Assembly (NCBI GenBank): GCA_963706075.1
Contig: CAVPLP010000001.1
Span: forward strand, 836,541-900,540
Source: an uncultured Actinomycetes bacterium
Lineage (GTDB): Bacteria > Actinomycetota > Thermoleophilia > Gaiellales > JAICJC01
Length of the DNA stretch: 64,000 nucleotides
Reading direction: 5' to 3'
Position numbers and translations under genes: made by a program. Below, piece by piece: positions 35,963-45,150 of this stretch; positions within the stretch are counted from its first letter, which is position 1; each line of letters starts with the position of its first letter. The notes beneath the pieces were generated by a model, which did no database searches, was not told the DNA's origin, and saw only the letters and a program-made list of their open reading frames with translations.

Positions 35963-36665
35963 CTCTCGCGTCGAGCAGCTCGTCCGCGGGCACGTCGCGA
36001 AGCACGCGGGCCGGCACGCCGACAACGAGCTTCCCCGGCGGCACGTCGGCGATCACGACCGCGCCGGCGCCGACGAACGCCTCCTCGCCCACCTCGATGC
36101 CGGGCAGGAGCACGGCCGCTCCACCGACGCGGGCGCCCCGTCTCACGGTCGGGCCCTTCTTCAGGGCATGACGGCGCTCGGTACGGCCCATGAGGTTGTC
36201 GTTCGTCGTCGTCACGCCCGGGGCGATGAAGACGTGCTCCTCGAGCGTCGTATTGGCCGTGATGTAGGCGTTCGTCTGGATCTTCGTGAACGCCCCGATC
36301 GCCACGTCGTTCTCGATGCAGACGCCGCGGCCGATCACGACGCCCTCGCCGACGATCACCCGCTCGCGCACGGTTGCCAGGTCGCCGACCACGCATCCGT
36401 CGCCGAGCTCTGACCCCGCCGAGAGGATCGCCCCGGCCGAGACGCGCACGTCACGCCCGAGCACCAGCCGTCCGACCTCGCCGGCCGTCGTCGACCGCGC
36501 CGAGAGCACCGGCTGCTTCCCGAGGACGGCGTTGTCGCCGATCGCGCAGCCGTCGCCGACGACGGTCCCCTCGTGCACCGTCACGTTCGCTCCGAAGAGG
36601 ACGCCCGCGCCGATCACCGCGTCGGGCGCGACGACGAGGCCCGGCGCCTCGCCCGCCGCCCACAT
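35856..36665 (-). CDS. Left-handed beta-helix (hexapeptide) acetyltransferase (WbpD-like)
   Basis: Within ORF 35856..37097; start at MWAAGEAPGLVVAPDAVIGAG (ATG 36665). Repeated hexapeptide pattern. The last ~35 codons (ASGRWPRACPGRPARAST...) look non-genuine and overlap the convergent glycosyltransferase, so the true stop may lie near 35959. Confidence 0.8.
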   Translation of the reverse strand: MWAAGEAPGLVVAPDAVIGAGVLFGANVTVHEGTVVGDGCAIGDNAVLGKQPVLSARSTTAGEVGRLVLGRDVRVSAGAILSAGSELGDGCVVGDLATVRERVIVGEGVVIGRGVCIENDVAIGAFTKIQTNAYITANTTLEEHVFIAPGVTTTNDNLMGRTERRHALKKGPTVRRGARVGGAAVLLPGIEVGEEAFVGAGAVVIADVPPGKLVVGVPARVLRDVPADELLDARASGRWPRACPGRPARASTPGWSGSRSATTRTLRSP

Positions 36666-37678
36666 CACCGCGCGGCCGCCGCGAGTGAGATTGTCTCGCC
36701 GCCGCGCTCGAGCGATCGCTGCATCGCCTCGAGCACCTCGACGACGCGCACGCCCTCGTCGACGCCTGTCCGCGGCTCCTCGCCGCTTCGGACGCACTCG
36801 AGGAAGTGCTCGCACTCGAGCCGGAGCGGCTCGCTCATGTCGATGTGGGGCGACCAGATGTCGCCGGTGTGCGTCGAGATCCGGCCCTCGGGCATCTGGA
36901 TCTCGCCCTTGTCGTGGACGGTGACCTTGCGGTCGGGCTCCATGTCGTCGAACACCGCCATCTTCCGCGTCCCGACCACGGTCATCCGCCGCATCTTGTC
37001 GGGGTCGAGCCAGCTCAGGTGCAGGTGGCCGATCTGGCCGGTCGCGAAATGGATGTAGCCGAAGACGACGTCCTGGACGTTGGGCCGGACGTAGCACTCA
37101 CCCCGGGCCGAGACCTCGTCGGGGTCGTCGCCGAGCAGGTGCAGGACGACCGAGACGTCGTGCACGCCGAGCGACCAGAGCGCGTTCTCGTCGGGGCGGA
37201 TCGTGCCGAGGTTGACCCGGTTGCCGTAGACGTACCGGACGTCGCCAAGCTCGCCCGCGTCGATCAGCTCGCGCAGCTTCACGACCGCCGGGTGGTACCG
37301 CAGGAGGTGGCCGACCATGAGCGTCCCGCCCGTCCGCTGGACGACGTCGCGCAGGTCGCGCGCCTCGGCGGCGCTGAACGTCATCGGCTTCTCGACGAAC
37401 ACGTGCTTTCCGGCCTCGAGCGCCTGTCGCGCCAGCGCGTGGTGGGTGGGCACGGGCGTTGCGAGGACAACCGCCTCGAGCTCGGCGTCGTCGAGCAGGT
37501 CGTCGAAGCTCGCCGTCGGCCGCGCGTTCGGGTACGCCGCCGCCTGCTGGGCGAGCACGTCGGGATCCGGGTCGCAGCACCACCGCAGGTCGGATCCGGG
37601 AAGCGTGGCGAAGTTGCGCAGCAGGTGCCGCCCCCAGCGCCCGAGGCCGGCCATCCCCACGCGGACCGGCTCGCTCAC
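36665..37678 (-). CDS. Gfo/Idh/MocA-family oxidoreductase (second WbpB-like paralog)
   Basis: Within ORF 36665..39145; start at GTG 37678 (VSEPVRVGMAGLGRWG), which overlaps the upstream stop (GTGA). EKPMTFS motif. Collinear with the 32652..33692 product. Confidence 0.75.
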   Translation of the reverse strand: MSEPVRVGMAGLGRWGRHLLRNFATLPGSDLRWCCDPDPDVLAQQAAAYPNARPTASFDDLLDDAELEAVVLATPVPTHHALARQALEAGKHVFVEKPMTFSAAEARDLRDVVQRTGGTLMVGHLLRYHPAVVKLRELIDAGELGDVRYVYGNRVNLGTIRPDENALWSLGVHDVSVVLHLLGDDPDEVSARGECYVRPNVQDVVFGYIHFATGQIGHLHLSWLDPDKMRRMTVVGTRKMAVFDDMEPDRKVTVHDKGEIQMPEGRISTHTGDIWSPHIDMSEPLRLECEHFLECVRSGEEPRTGVDEGVRVVEVLEAMQRSLERGGETISLAAAAR

Positions 37679-38940
37679 AGCTTTACGACTCGCCCATCGG
37701 CCGCGGGAACCGCGTTTCGGAAGTCGATCACGAGCTGTGCGACCTCGGCCACGCGCGCGTGGTCGACGCCCGGATGGGCCGTCACCACGGCCACGATGTC
37801 CGCCGCGGCGAGCACCTCGTCGGTGAGCGGCTCGGACTCGAGGTCGAAGCCGTGCTCCTCGAGCCGGGGCACGAAGGGGTCGTGGTACGCGATCCTGGCT
37901 CCCTGTGCCTCGAGGAGCTCCATCACCTTGAGCGCGGGCGACTCGCGCAGGTCGCCGACGCCGCCCTTGTAGGCGACGCCGAGGATCAGCACGGAGCTGC
38001 CGCTCACGGGCTTCTGGACGTCGTTCAGGGCCAGGGCGAGGCGCTCGGCGCAGTGGTAGGGCATGTTCTGGTTCACCTTGCCGGCCAGCTCGATGAACTC
38101 CACCGGGAAGTCGTACTCGCGCGCCTTCCACGAGAGGTAGAAGGGGTCGATGGGCAGGCAGTGCCCGCCCAGTCCCGGCCCTGGCGAGAAGGGCATGAAG
38201 CCGTACGGCTTGGTGGCGGCGGCCTCGACGACCTCCCACACGTTCAGCTCCATGCGGTGGCACAGCATCGCAAGCTCGTTCACGAGCGCGATGTTGACCG
38301 AGCGGAAGATGTTCTCGAGCAGCTTTGCGAGCTCGGCCGCCTCGCAGGACGAGACGGGGACGAGCGTGTCCACGCAGCCCCTGTAGAGCTCGATCGCCCG
38401 GTCGCGGCACGCGTCGGTGAGGCCTCCGACGACCTTGGGGGTGGTGCGCACGGTGTAGTCGGTGCGGCCGGGGTCGACCCGCTCGGGCGACATCGCCAGG
38501 TGGAAGTCCGTCCCGGCCACCAGGCCGCTGGACTCCAGGATCGGCTGGAGCACGTCGCGCGTCGTTCCCGGGTAGCTCGTCGACTCGAGCACGACGAGCT
38601 GGCCGCGGCGCAGGTGGCGGGCGATCTGCCAGGTGGCCTCCGTCAGGATCGCCAGGTCGGGCTCCCGGTTGGTCGAGAGCGGCGTCGGAAGGCAGATCAG
38701 GAGGGCATCCGGGTCTCCAAGACCCGAGTGCTCGGCCGTGGCGGTGATCGTCCCCGCGCTCACGAGCTCGGAGAGCACCGCCGGGTCGACGTCCTCGATG
38801 TAGCTCTCGCCCCGGCTGATCGCCTCGACCTTGCGGGCGTCCGACTCGAAGCACACCACCGTGCGCCCGGCCCGGCCGAATTCGACGGCCAGCGGCAGGC
38901 CCACGTAGCCAGCGCCGACGATTCCGACGTCCGTTGGCAT
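37675..38940 (-). CDS. Nucleotide-sugar 6-dehydrogenase (UDP-GlcNAc/UDP-ManNAc dehydrogenase, WbpA/WecC-like)
   Basis: ORF 37675..38940. N-terminus VGIVGAGYVGLPLA; catalytic region GFMPFSPGPGLGGHCLPIDP. Confidence 0.88.
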   Translation of the reverse strand: MPTDVGIVGAGYVGLPLAVEFGRAGRTVVCFESDARKVEAISRGESYIEDVDPAVLSELVSAGTITATAEHSGLGDPDALLICLPTPLSTNREPDLAILTEATWQIARHLRRGQLVVLESTSYPGTTRDVLQPILESSGLVAGTDFHLAMSPERVDPGRTDYTVRTTPKVVGGLTDACRDRAIELYRGCVDTLVPVSSCEAAELAKLLENIFRSVNIALVNELAMLCHRMELNVWEVVEAAATKPYGFMPFSPGPGLGGHCLPIDPFYLSWKAREYDFPVEFIELAGKVNQNMPYHCAERLALALNDVQKPVSGSSVLILGVAYKGGVGDLRESPALKVMELLEAQGARIAYHDPFVPRLEEHGFDLESEPLTDEVLAAADIVAVVTAHPGVDHARVAEVAQLVIDFRNAVPAADGRVVKL

Positions 38941-38952
38941 GCGGTGCGGATG

Positions 38953-40014
38953 CTATCGGCCTGCGGTGATGACAGCGGCGATGCGGCCGGCCGCATCGCC
39001 GTCGCCGTAGAGCGGCGGATGCTCGGGCGGGCGCGTCGCCGAGGCGAGCGCGGCCGTCACCGCGGCCGGCTCGAGGTCCGCCAGCCTGTTCCAGCCGGTC
39101 GCGATCGTCTCGACCCATTCGGTCGTGTCGCGAAGCGTCACGCACGGCACCCGGTGCAGGTACGCCTCCTTCTGGACGCCGCCCGAGTCAGTCAGGCAGA
39201 CCGCGGCCGACATCAGGAGCGCGGTGAAATCGAGGTAGCCGAGCGGTGAGGTGAGGCGCGCAGCCGCCGCAGCCCGCTCGAGCAGGCCGGCCCGCTCGAG
39301 CGCCGCCCGGGTGCGCGGGTGGACCGGGAAGACGACCGGCATCTCAAGAGCCTCGATCACCTCGACCAGCGCGGGGATCGTCTCGGGCAGCGTGTTCGCC
39401 GGCCGGTGCGCCGTCATGATGACGTATTCGCCGGGCTCGACTCCGGCCTCGGTCAGGGCGTCCGAGCGGCGGGCGGCGATGGGGGCGAACGTCTGCGCGA
39501 CGTCGACCATGACGTCGCCGACCTGATGGACGCCGGCGGTGATGCCCTCGGCCGCGAGGTTCGTGACGGCGGTGTCGGACGGGCAGAAGCGGAGATCGGC
39601 GAGGACGTCGACGACCATCCGGTTCAGCTCCTCCGGCATGCGCCGGTCGAACGAGCGCAGGCCGGCCTCGACATGCCCGATCGGCACCTGGAGCTTGGCC
39701 GCGACGAGTGCGCCGGCGAGCGTCGAGTTCGTGTCGCCGTACACCAGGACGGCGTCGGGGCGCTCGTCCTGGATGACGGGCTCGAGGCCGACGAGCATGC
39801 GCGCCGTCTGTTCGGAGTGGGTGCCCGAGCCGCTCTCGATCCGGCGGTCGGCCGGCCGCAGGCCGAGCTCCTCGAAGAAGATCTGCGAGAGGTCGGCGTC
39901 GTAGTGCTGGCCGGTGTGCACGAGCACGTGGTGGCAGAGGTCGTCGAGCGCGCGCGCAACGGGCGCAGCCTTGATGAACTGCGGGCGGTTGCCCACGATG
40001 GAAACCACGTTCAC
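38953..40014 (-). CDS. UDP-N-acetylglucosamine 2-epimerase (non-hydrolysing; WecB/WbpI-like)
   Basis: ORF 38953..40014. Motifs IVGNRPQFIKAAPV, VYGDTNSTLAGALVAAKL, HVEAGLRS and TDSGGVQKEA. Confidence 0.9.
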   Translation of the reverse strand: MNVVSIVGNRPQFIKAAPVARALDDLCHHVLVHTGQHYDADLSQIFFEELGLRPADRRIESGSGTHSEQTARMLVGLEPVIQDERPDAVLVYGDTNSTLAGALVAAKLQVPIGHVEAGLRSFDRRMPEELNRMVVDVLADLRFCPSDTAVTNLAAEGITAGVHQVGDVMVDVAQTFAPIAARRSDALTEAGVEPGEYVIMTAHRPANTLPETIPALVEVIEALEMPVVFPVHPRTRAALERAGLLERAAAAARLTSPLGYLDFTALLMSAAVCLTDSGGVQKEAYLHRVPCVTLRDTTEWVETIATGWNRLADLEPAAVTAALASATRPPEHPPLYGDGDAAGRIAAVITAGR

Positions 40015-40024
40015 GGCGGCCAGA

Positions 40025-40567
40025 CTACTTGCCGAGCACGTCGTCGAGCGCGGTCGAGAGCTCGTTTTGGGTCAGCTCGCGCTGGAGCTTCCACGCCACG
40101 CGGCCGTCGGCGTCGAGCACGAACGTCGTCGGCTTGCCGATCAGGCCGAACGGCCCGACCAGGTGGTCGTGGGGGTCGAAGACGATCGGCCAGTTCCAGT
40201 TGTAGTGGTGGGTGTAGGACAGGGCGCCGGCGCGCGAGTCGTCGATCGCCACGCCGACGAACTGGACGCGGCCCCTGTACGCGTCGGCGGCGTCGGCGAA
40301 CGCCGCGCCCTCGGCCTTGCACGGCGCGCACCACGAGGCGAAGAAGTTGATGACGACCGGCCGGCCGCGCATCCGGGCCAGGTCGACGGTTCCGCCGCCC
40401 AGCGTCGCCTCGTCCAGGGTTGGCGCCGGGACGCGCTTCGACGCCGAGATCGGCGCGGCGAGGTCGGCCCGCCTGAGCGAGTCCGAATGCGCGCGGCCAT
40501 AGAGGGCGATCGAGATGACCATCACCGTCCCCGAGACCAGCGCGATGATCCGCAGCCGGCGCTGCAC
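40025..40567 (-). CDS. TlpA/ResA-like thiol-disulfide oxidoreductase (membrane-anchored redoxin)
   Basis: ORF 40025..40567. N-terminal TM helix IIALVSGTVMVISIALY; active site FFASWCAPCKAE. Confidence 0.85.
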   Translation of the reverse strand: MQRRLRIIALVSGTVMVISIALYGRAHSDSLRRADLAAPISASKRVPAPTLDEATLGGGTVDLARMRGRPVVINFFASWCAPCKAEGAAFADAADAYRGRVQFVGVAIDDSRAGALSYTHHYNWNWPIVFDPHDHLVGPFGLIGKPTTFVLDADGRVAWKLQRELTQNELSTALDDVLGK

Positions 40568-40583
40568 GGGCCGTATCGTAGGG

Positions 40584-41636
40584 CTAGACCGACGTGGGGA
40601 CGGCGTCCAGGTTGCGGGCGACCGCCGCCACGAGCCTGGCCGTCGCCTCGAGGTCGGCGAGCTCGATGACCTCGTTCGGCGAGTGCATGTAGCGGTTCGG
40701 CACGCTCACGAGGCACGTCGCCACGCCGCCGCGCGACCGGTGCACGGCATCGGCGTCGGTCCATGTGCTGCCTGACGCTGCGCCGAACTGGTGCGGGATG
40801 CCCTCGGCCGCGGCCACCTCGCCGACCATCTCGGCGAAGGCCGGGTGGACGCCGGAGCCGCGCTCGATGACGGGCCCGCCGCCGATCCGGATGTCGCCGA
40901 TCTTGTTCTTCGTGACGCTCGGGTAGTCGGATGTATGGGTGACGTCGATGGCGATCGCGGCCTGGGGGGCCAGCGCGAAGGAGCTCGTGTGCGCGCCTGC
41001 GAAGCTGATCTCCTCGGCGACCGACGCGACGCCGACGAAGCGCCACGAACCGGGCGTGTCGGCATAGAGGCGGGCCGCCTCGGCGGCGACGAACGCCCCG
41101 GTCCGGTTGTCCATCGCACGTGACGCCAGGCGCCCGTTGGCGAGCTCGACGACGGGCTGCTCGATGACCGCGAGGTCGCCAGGCCGGACGAGCGCGCGGG
41201 CGTCGTCCCCGCCGTTCGCCCCGATGTCGATCCACAGCTGGTCGAGCTTGATCGGCTTCTTGCGGTCCTCCTCGTCGAGGAGGTGGGTGGCCTTCTTGCC
41301 GATGACGCCGATGATCGGGCCCTGCTTGGCGAGGATGCGGATCCGCTGGCCGACCAGCACCGACGGCGTCCAGCCGCCGACGCCGTCGAACCAGAGGTAG
41401 CCCTCGTCGTCGACGTGCGTGATCGCAAGGCCGATCTCGTCGATGTGCCCCATGACGACGACCGTCCGCTCGCCGGCGGAGTTCACCGTCGCGTGGCTCG
41501 AGCCGAGCGCGTCGGTCTCGACGGAGGCGAAGCCGGACGCATAGTCGCGCCAGACCCGGGCGGCGGCACGCTCGTCACCCGACGGCCCGGCGGCGTCGAG
41601 GAGGCTCAGGAAGAACTCGCGGGAGTCTTGGCGCAT
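40584..41636 (-). CDS. M42-family metallopeptidase (FrvX/glutamyl aminopeptidase-like)
   Basis: ORF 40584..41636. Motifs VMGHIDEIGLAITHVDDEGYLWFDGVGGW, AMDNRTG and SVPNRYMHSP. Confidence 0.8.
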   Translation of the reverse strand: MRQDSREFFLSLLDAAGPSGDERAAARVWRDYASGFASVETDALGSSHATVNSAGERTVVVMGHIDEIGLAITHVDDEGYLWFDGVGGWTPSVLVGQRIRILAKQGPIIGVIGKKATHLLDEEDRKKPIKLDQLWIDIGANGGDDARALVRPGDLAVIEQPVVELANGRLASRAMDNRTGAFVAAEAARLYADTPGSWRFVGVASVAEEISFAGAHTSSFALAPQAAIAIDVTHTSDYPSVTKNKIGDIRIGGGPVIERGSGVHPAFAEMVGEVAAAEGIPHQFGAASGSTWTDADAVHRSRGGVATCLVSVPNRYMHSPNEVIELADLEATARLVAAVARNLDAVPTSV

Positions 41637-41692
41637 GGGCGCGAACGCTAGCGTGTTTACGGCGAAAGGCCGTTGGTAGACTGCGCCGTCGC

Positions 41693-41765
41693 GGGCCGTT
41701 AGCTCAGCTGGTAGAGCAGGGGACTCTTAATCCCAAGGTCGAAGGTTCGATCCCTTCACGGCCCA
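41693..41765 (+). tRNA. tRNA-Lys (anticodon CTT)
   Basis: GGGCCGT-TA-GCTCAGCTGGTAGAGC-A-GGGGA-CTCTTAA-TCCCA-AGGTC-GAAGG-TTCGATC-CCTTC-ACGGCCC-A. The acceptor stem GGGCCGT/ACGGCCC is fully paired, the T-loop is TTCGATC and the anticodon loop is CT-CTT-AA. CCA is not encoded. Confidence 0.93.
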
Positions 41766-41776
41766 TGCCCTGGTGC

Positions 41777-42811
41777 TCAAGCCGGAGGTTCGGTCGGGTG
41801 ATCCCTGGTCGCTCGCTGGGCGCGGGCCTTTTCGAGCTGGGCGGCAAGCTCCTCGGCCTCGTCGGTGGTCGACTCCTTCTCGCCCTTGGGCTTCTTTTTG
41901 CGGTGCATCACCGAGCGCGTCGCGTCCCAGCCAAACACCTTGACCATCAGGAGCACGCCGAGGCCGATGTTGGCCAGCATGCAGGCCGCCTGCTGGCCCA
42001 CGGAGTAGGCCGTAATCGTGGCCTGGCTGGCCTGGCCGGACAGCGCTATCTGCAGGACGGCGGTTGTGGCGCCAACACCGCCCGGCGCCACCGAGAACAC
42101 CGCGGCGATCGACGCCGCGGCGATGACGATGAACACGTTTCGAGGGGTGGGATCGATGTTGTAGGCCAGCATGAACGTGACGTTGACCGCGATCCGGCAG
42201 CCATAGGACAGCGCCTGGAACACCACCACCCGCGCCAGGTAGCGACGCGGAGTGTGAAGGATCGCCGCGCCCTGGCCGGCCTGTTCCCACTGCTCCCGAA
42301 GCCTCCGTTTGACGACGCCGACCGCGATCACGAGCAGGACCACCGTGCCGGCGATGACCACCAGCGTGACGAGCAGGTGATCGCCCATCCACGCCCACAC
42401 CGAGCCCAGCGCCTCGTCGAAGCTGTCCGGCGCGCTGAGGAAGAGCGCCAGGTAGACCAGCCCGCCCACGATCGACCAGAAGATCGCCTGCACGGCCGCG
42501 CCGGACACGATCGTGGTCACGCTCGACCCGGAAATCGAAGCCCTGAACAGGGCCAGGTATGTGACCGTCCCCGCCTGGCCGGGCAGCACCGAGTTCAGCC
42601 CGACGCCACCGGCGTACGCGGCCGAGATCTCCTTCTGCTGCACGTGCTTGTCCGGATACGCGGCCTGGAGCACGTTGCGCCACGCAACCGAGTTCAAGAG
42701 CGTCTGCCCGAACTGGAACGCGAATCCGATGATCAGGTAGATCGGATCGATCGAGGCGATGTTGTCGAGCGTCGTCCCGATCCATCCGGACAGGTCGCTG
42801 AGCCAGCCCAT
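41777..42811 (-). CDS. Integral membrane protein, LPG-synthase-TM/UPF0104 'flippase-like' family, with a charged C-terminal tail
   Basis: ORF 41777..42811 with about 8 TM helices. The N-terminus IDPIYLIIGFAFQFGQTLLNSVAWRNVL resembles UPF0104. The C-terminus is lysine/glutamate-rich. Confidence 0.55.
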   Translation of the reverse strand: MGWLSDLSGWIGTTLDNIASIDPIYLIIGFAFQFGQTLLNSVAWRNVLQAAYPDKHVQQKEISAAYAGGVGLNSVLPGQAGTVTYLALFRASISGSSVTTIVSGAAVQAIFWSIVGGLVYLALFLSAPDSFDEALGSVWAWMGDHLLVTLVVIAGTVVLLVIAVGVVKRRLREQWEQAGQGAAILHTPRRYLARVVVFQALSYGCRIAVNVTFMLAYNIDPTPRNVFIVIAAASIAAVFSVAPGGVGATTAVLQIALSGQASQATITAYSVGQQAACMLANIGLGVLLMVKVFGWDATRSVMHRKKKPKGEKESTTDEAEELAAQLEKARAQRATRDHPTEPPA

Positions 42812-42854
42812 CGCAGCACTCTATGACAGGGACGCAGACGACGAGCGCCGGCGA

Positions 42855-44054
42855 TCAGTGTGCCGGCGCTGTGTCTTCGGGCGGTGGCGGCTCTGTCCCC
42901 GCCGATCGTGCGTGGGCCAGCTCGCCGCTGATGTGAACGGCGGCCGAGGTGAGAGGTGCCGCGAGGACGAGCCCGATCATGCCGAACAGGCTGCCCGACG
43001 CGATGGTGACCACGAGCACGACGAGCGGGTTCAGCCTCAGGGTGGCGCCGAAGGCGATCGGCTGCACGATGTTCTGGAGCATGCCGTTGGCGAGAATGAC
43101 GATCACGAGCATGACGAGCGCGGTGTTCGTCCCCTGCGACCCCAGCGCCAGGATCACGGCGAAGGCTCCGGCCACGAAGGCGCCGATGAACGGGATGTAG
43201 GCGGTCACGAACGTGACCACCGCGATCGTGCCGGCGAGCGGGACACCGAGCGCCAGCGCCCCGATGCCGACGACGATGCCGTTGAACGCCGCGACGATGG
43301 TCACACCGCCGAAGTAGCGGCGCAGCGACTGGATCACGCCGTCTGTGATGGTGCGTGCGACGGGATGCGGTACGCCCATGCGGCGTTCGACCCAGCGGCG
43401 CATCACCGGCCCGTCCTTCAGCAGGAAGAACAGCGAGAACAGGGTGAACGAGACCGCGAAGGCGAGCGAGGTCAGCCCCTGCACGCTCCTCGTTATGCCG
43501 CTCACCAGCGTGGAGATGATGTTCGGCAGATCCGTCTTGACGCTGCTGGTGGCGTCGGAGGCGCCTTTCGAGCTGACGCCGGCATCCTGCAACCAGCCCT
43601 GGAGCTTCGTCGCCGCGGCGGAGCTCTCCGACGAGATCTGATCGGTCTGCGACACGATGCCGCCGACCACGAGGACCAGGATCAAGAGGCCGAGGGCGGC
43701 GACACCGAGCAGCGCCACCAATGCACCCGCCGCGCGGGGAACGCCGCGCCGCTGGATCACCGCGACTACCGGGGACACGACCGTCGCCACAACGAACCCG
43801 CCCAGCACCGGCGAGACGATCACCGAGGTCGCGTCCAGCAGCAGGATCAGCGAGAACCCGAGCGCAGCCACACCCAGCAGCAGCCACGAGGCGAACCCCA
43901 GGTCCCGGAGCCAGCGCGGCGCCGAGAAGACGGCCGACAGCTCGCTCAGCTGCGCCGCATCGAGGTGCACGGTCTGTACCGGCCCAGCCGGAGGCACCGC
44001 ACCCGCCGCGGGGGCCGTGCCGATCGAGCGGCGCCATGGCCAAGAAATCCTCAT
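42855..44054 (-). CDS. AI-2E family transporter (PerM/UPF0118)
   Basis: ORF 42855..44054. Typical central loop FFLLKDGPVMRRWVERR and a C-terminal block: YIPFIGAFVAGAFAVILAL...NIVQPIAFG...LNPLVVLV. Confidence 0.8.
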   Translation of the reverse strand: MRISWPWRRSIGTAPAAGAVPPAGPVQTVHLDAAQLSELSAVFSAPRWLRDLGFASWLLLGVAALGFSLILLLDATSVIVSPVLGGFVVATVVSPVVAVIQRRGVPRAAGALVALLGVAALGLLILVLVVGGIVSQTDQISSESSAAATKLQGWLQDAGVSSKGASDATSSVKTDLPNIISTLVSGITRSVQGLTSLAFAVSFTLFSLFFLLKDGPVMRRWVERRMGVPHPVARTITDGVIQSLRRYFGGVTIVAAFNGIVVGIGALALGVPLAGTIAVVTFVTAYIPFIGAFVAGAFAVILALGSQGTNTALVMLVIVILANGMLQNIVQPIAFGATLRLNPLVVLVVTIASGSLFGMIGLVLAAPLTSAAVHISGELAHARSAGTEPPPPEDTAPAH

Positions 44055-44136
44055 GCCGACGCAAGCGGTCTTCGACCAGCAGCCCCATCCTCCTCCGGGT
44101 GTGCGCCCGGGGGCGGCGCGGGTACGAGTGCCGCCG

Positions 44137-45150
44137 CTACCGCTTGTACCCGCTCGTGAGCTCCTTCCCCGGGCGCCGCCACTCGGGCTCGACGTCGAAC
44201 GTCCGGCGCATCTTGCGCTCGCGAAGCGCCTTCACGAGCGGCCCGTGGGCGAACTTCGCAGTCCTGGCGTAGATCCTGGCACCCGCGGTGGGCTCCATGA
44301 ACGGCATGAACTTGTCGGGGAACCCGGGCATCGTGCAGGCCATGCAGATGCCGCCGACGTTCGGGCAGCCGCCGACCCCGTTCACCCAGCCCCGGATCGG
44401 GACGTTGCAGCGGACGACCGGGCCGCTGCAGCCGAGCTTCACGAGGCACCTTCCGTCGCCGTGGCTCTTCGAGAACTCACCCTGGTCGGCGAACCCCGCG
44501 CGGTTGCAGCTCTCGTGCACGGTGCGGCCGAAGATGCTGACGGGCCGGCCCTGCGCGTCGAGCTCGATCGGCGGGCCGAGCCGCGCCAGGTGGAGCACCA
44601 GGCAGAGCAGCGTCTGGGTGATGTTGTCGGGCTGGACCGGGCAGCCGGGGAGGTTCACGACCGGGAGGCCGAGCCGCGACGTCCAGCCGGCGCCCAGGTA
44701 GTCGCCGAGGCCCATCGCACCCGTCGGGTTGTTCTTCATCGCCGGGACCCCGCCGTATGCGGCGCACGTGCCGAGTGCGAGCACGGCAGCGGCCCGGGGC
44801 GCGAGGCGGTCGATCCAGCTGTTCGTGAGGATGGGCTGCCCGGTCTCGCGGTCGACGCCCATCCCGGCCCAGTGCCCGTCGCCGCTCAGCTCCTCGTTCG
44901 GCACCGAGCCCTCCAGCACGAGGATGAACGGGTCGAGCTTGCCCTCCTCGGCGTCGAACCACACCCGCATGAAGTCGTCGCCCGTCTCGAACGCGAACAC
45001 CGGGTTGTAGAGCACGATCGGCGGGACGCCGGGCAGCGAGCCCCGCAGCAGGTCCTCGAGCGTCGGGTTCGTCGCCGACGTCATCGCGATCGAGTCGCCG
45101 TCGCACCCGAGGCCGCTCGTGATCCAGAGGACGGGGATCGGAGTGCTCAT
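44137..45150 (-). CDS. [NiFe]-hydrogenase small subunit paralog (group 1h-like), orphan: no adjacent large subunit
   Basis: Within ORF 44137..45948; start at MSTPIPVLWITSGLGCDGDSIAM (ATG 45150). It is collinear, at roughly 60% identity by eye, with the 48953..50012 product. The Fe-S cluster Cys motifs are intact (GTCAAYGG, PGCPVQPD, CNRAGF, GCSGPVVRCN, GGCPNVGGICMACTMPGFPDKF). No twin-arginine signal. Confidence 0.88.
   Translation of the reverse strand: MSTPIPVLWITSGLGCDGDSIAMTSATNPTLEDLLRGSLPGVPPIVLYNPVFAFETGDDFMRVWFDAEEGKLDPFILVLEGSVPNEELSGDGHWAGMGVDRETGQPILTNSWIDRLAPRAAAVLALGTCAAYGGVPAMKNNPTGAMGLGDYLGAGWTSRLGLPVVNLPGCPVQPDNITQTLLCLVLHLARLGPPIELDAQGRPVSIFGRTVHESCNRAGFADQGEFSKSHGDGRCLVKLGCSGPVVRCNVPIRGWVNGVGGCPNVGGICMACTMPGFPDKFMPFMEPTAGARIYARTAKFAHGPLVKALRERKMRRTFDVEPEWRRPGKELTSGYKR

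Noticed and set aside
41693-41776. tRNA-Lys as an integration site for a genomic island carrying the hydrogenase locus.
   Set aside because: There is no integrase, no direct repeat of the tRNA 3' end and no mobility gene downstream. The genes next to the tRNA are ordinary membrane proteins.
44137-45150. The orphan small subunit as part of an H2-sensing regulatory hydrogenase (group 2b HoxBC/HupUV-like).
   Set aside because: Regulatory hydrogenases need their own large subunit and usually a histidine kinase. Neither is present. By eye, the paralog aligns along its whole length with the group-1h small subunit rather than showing a divergent C-terminus. The sensory idea is kept only as a speculative option.
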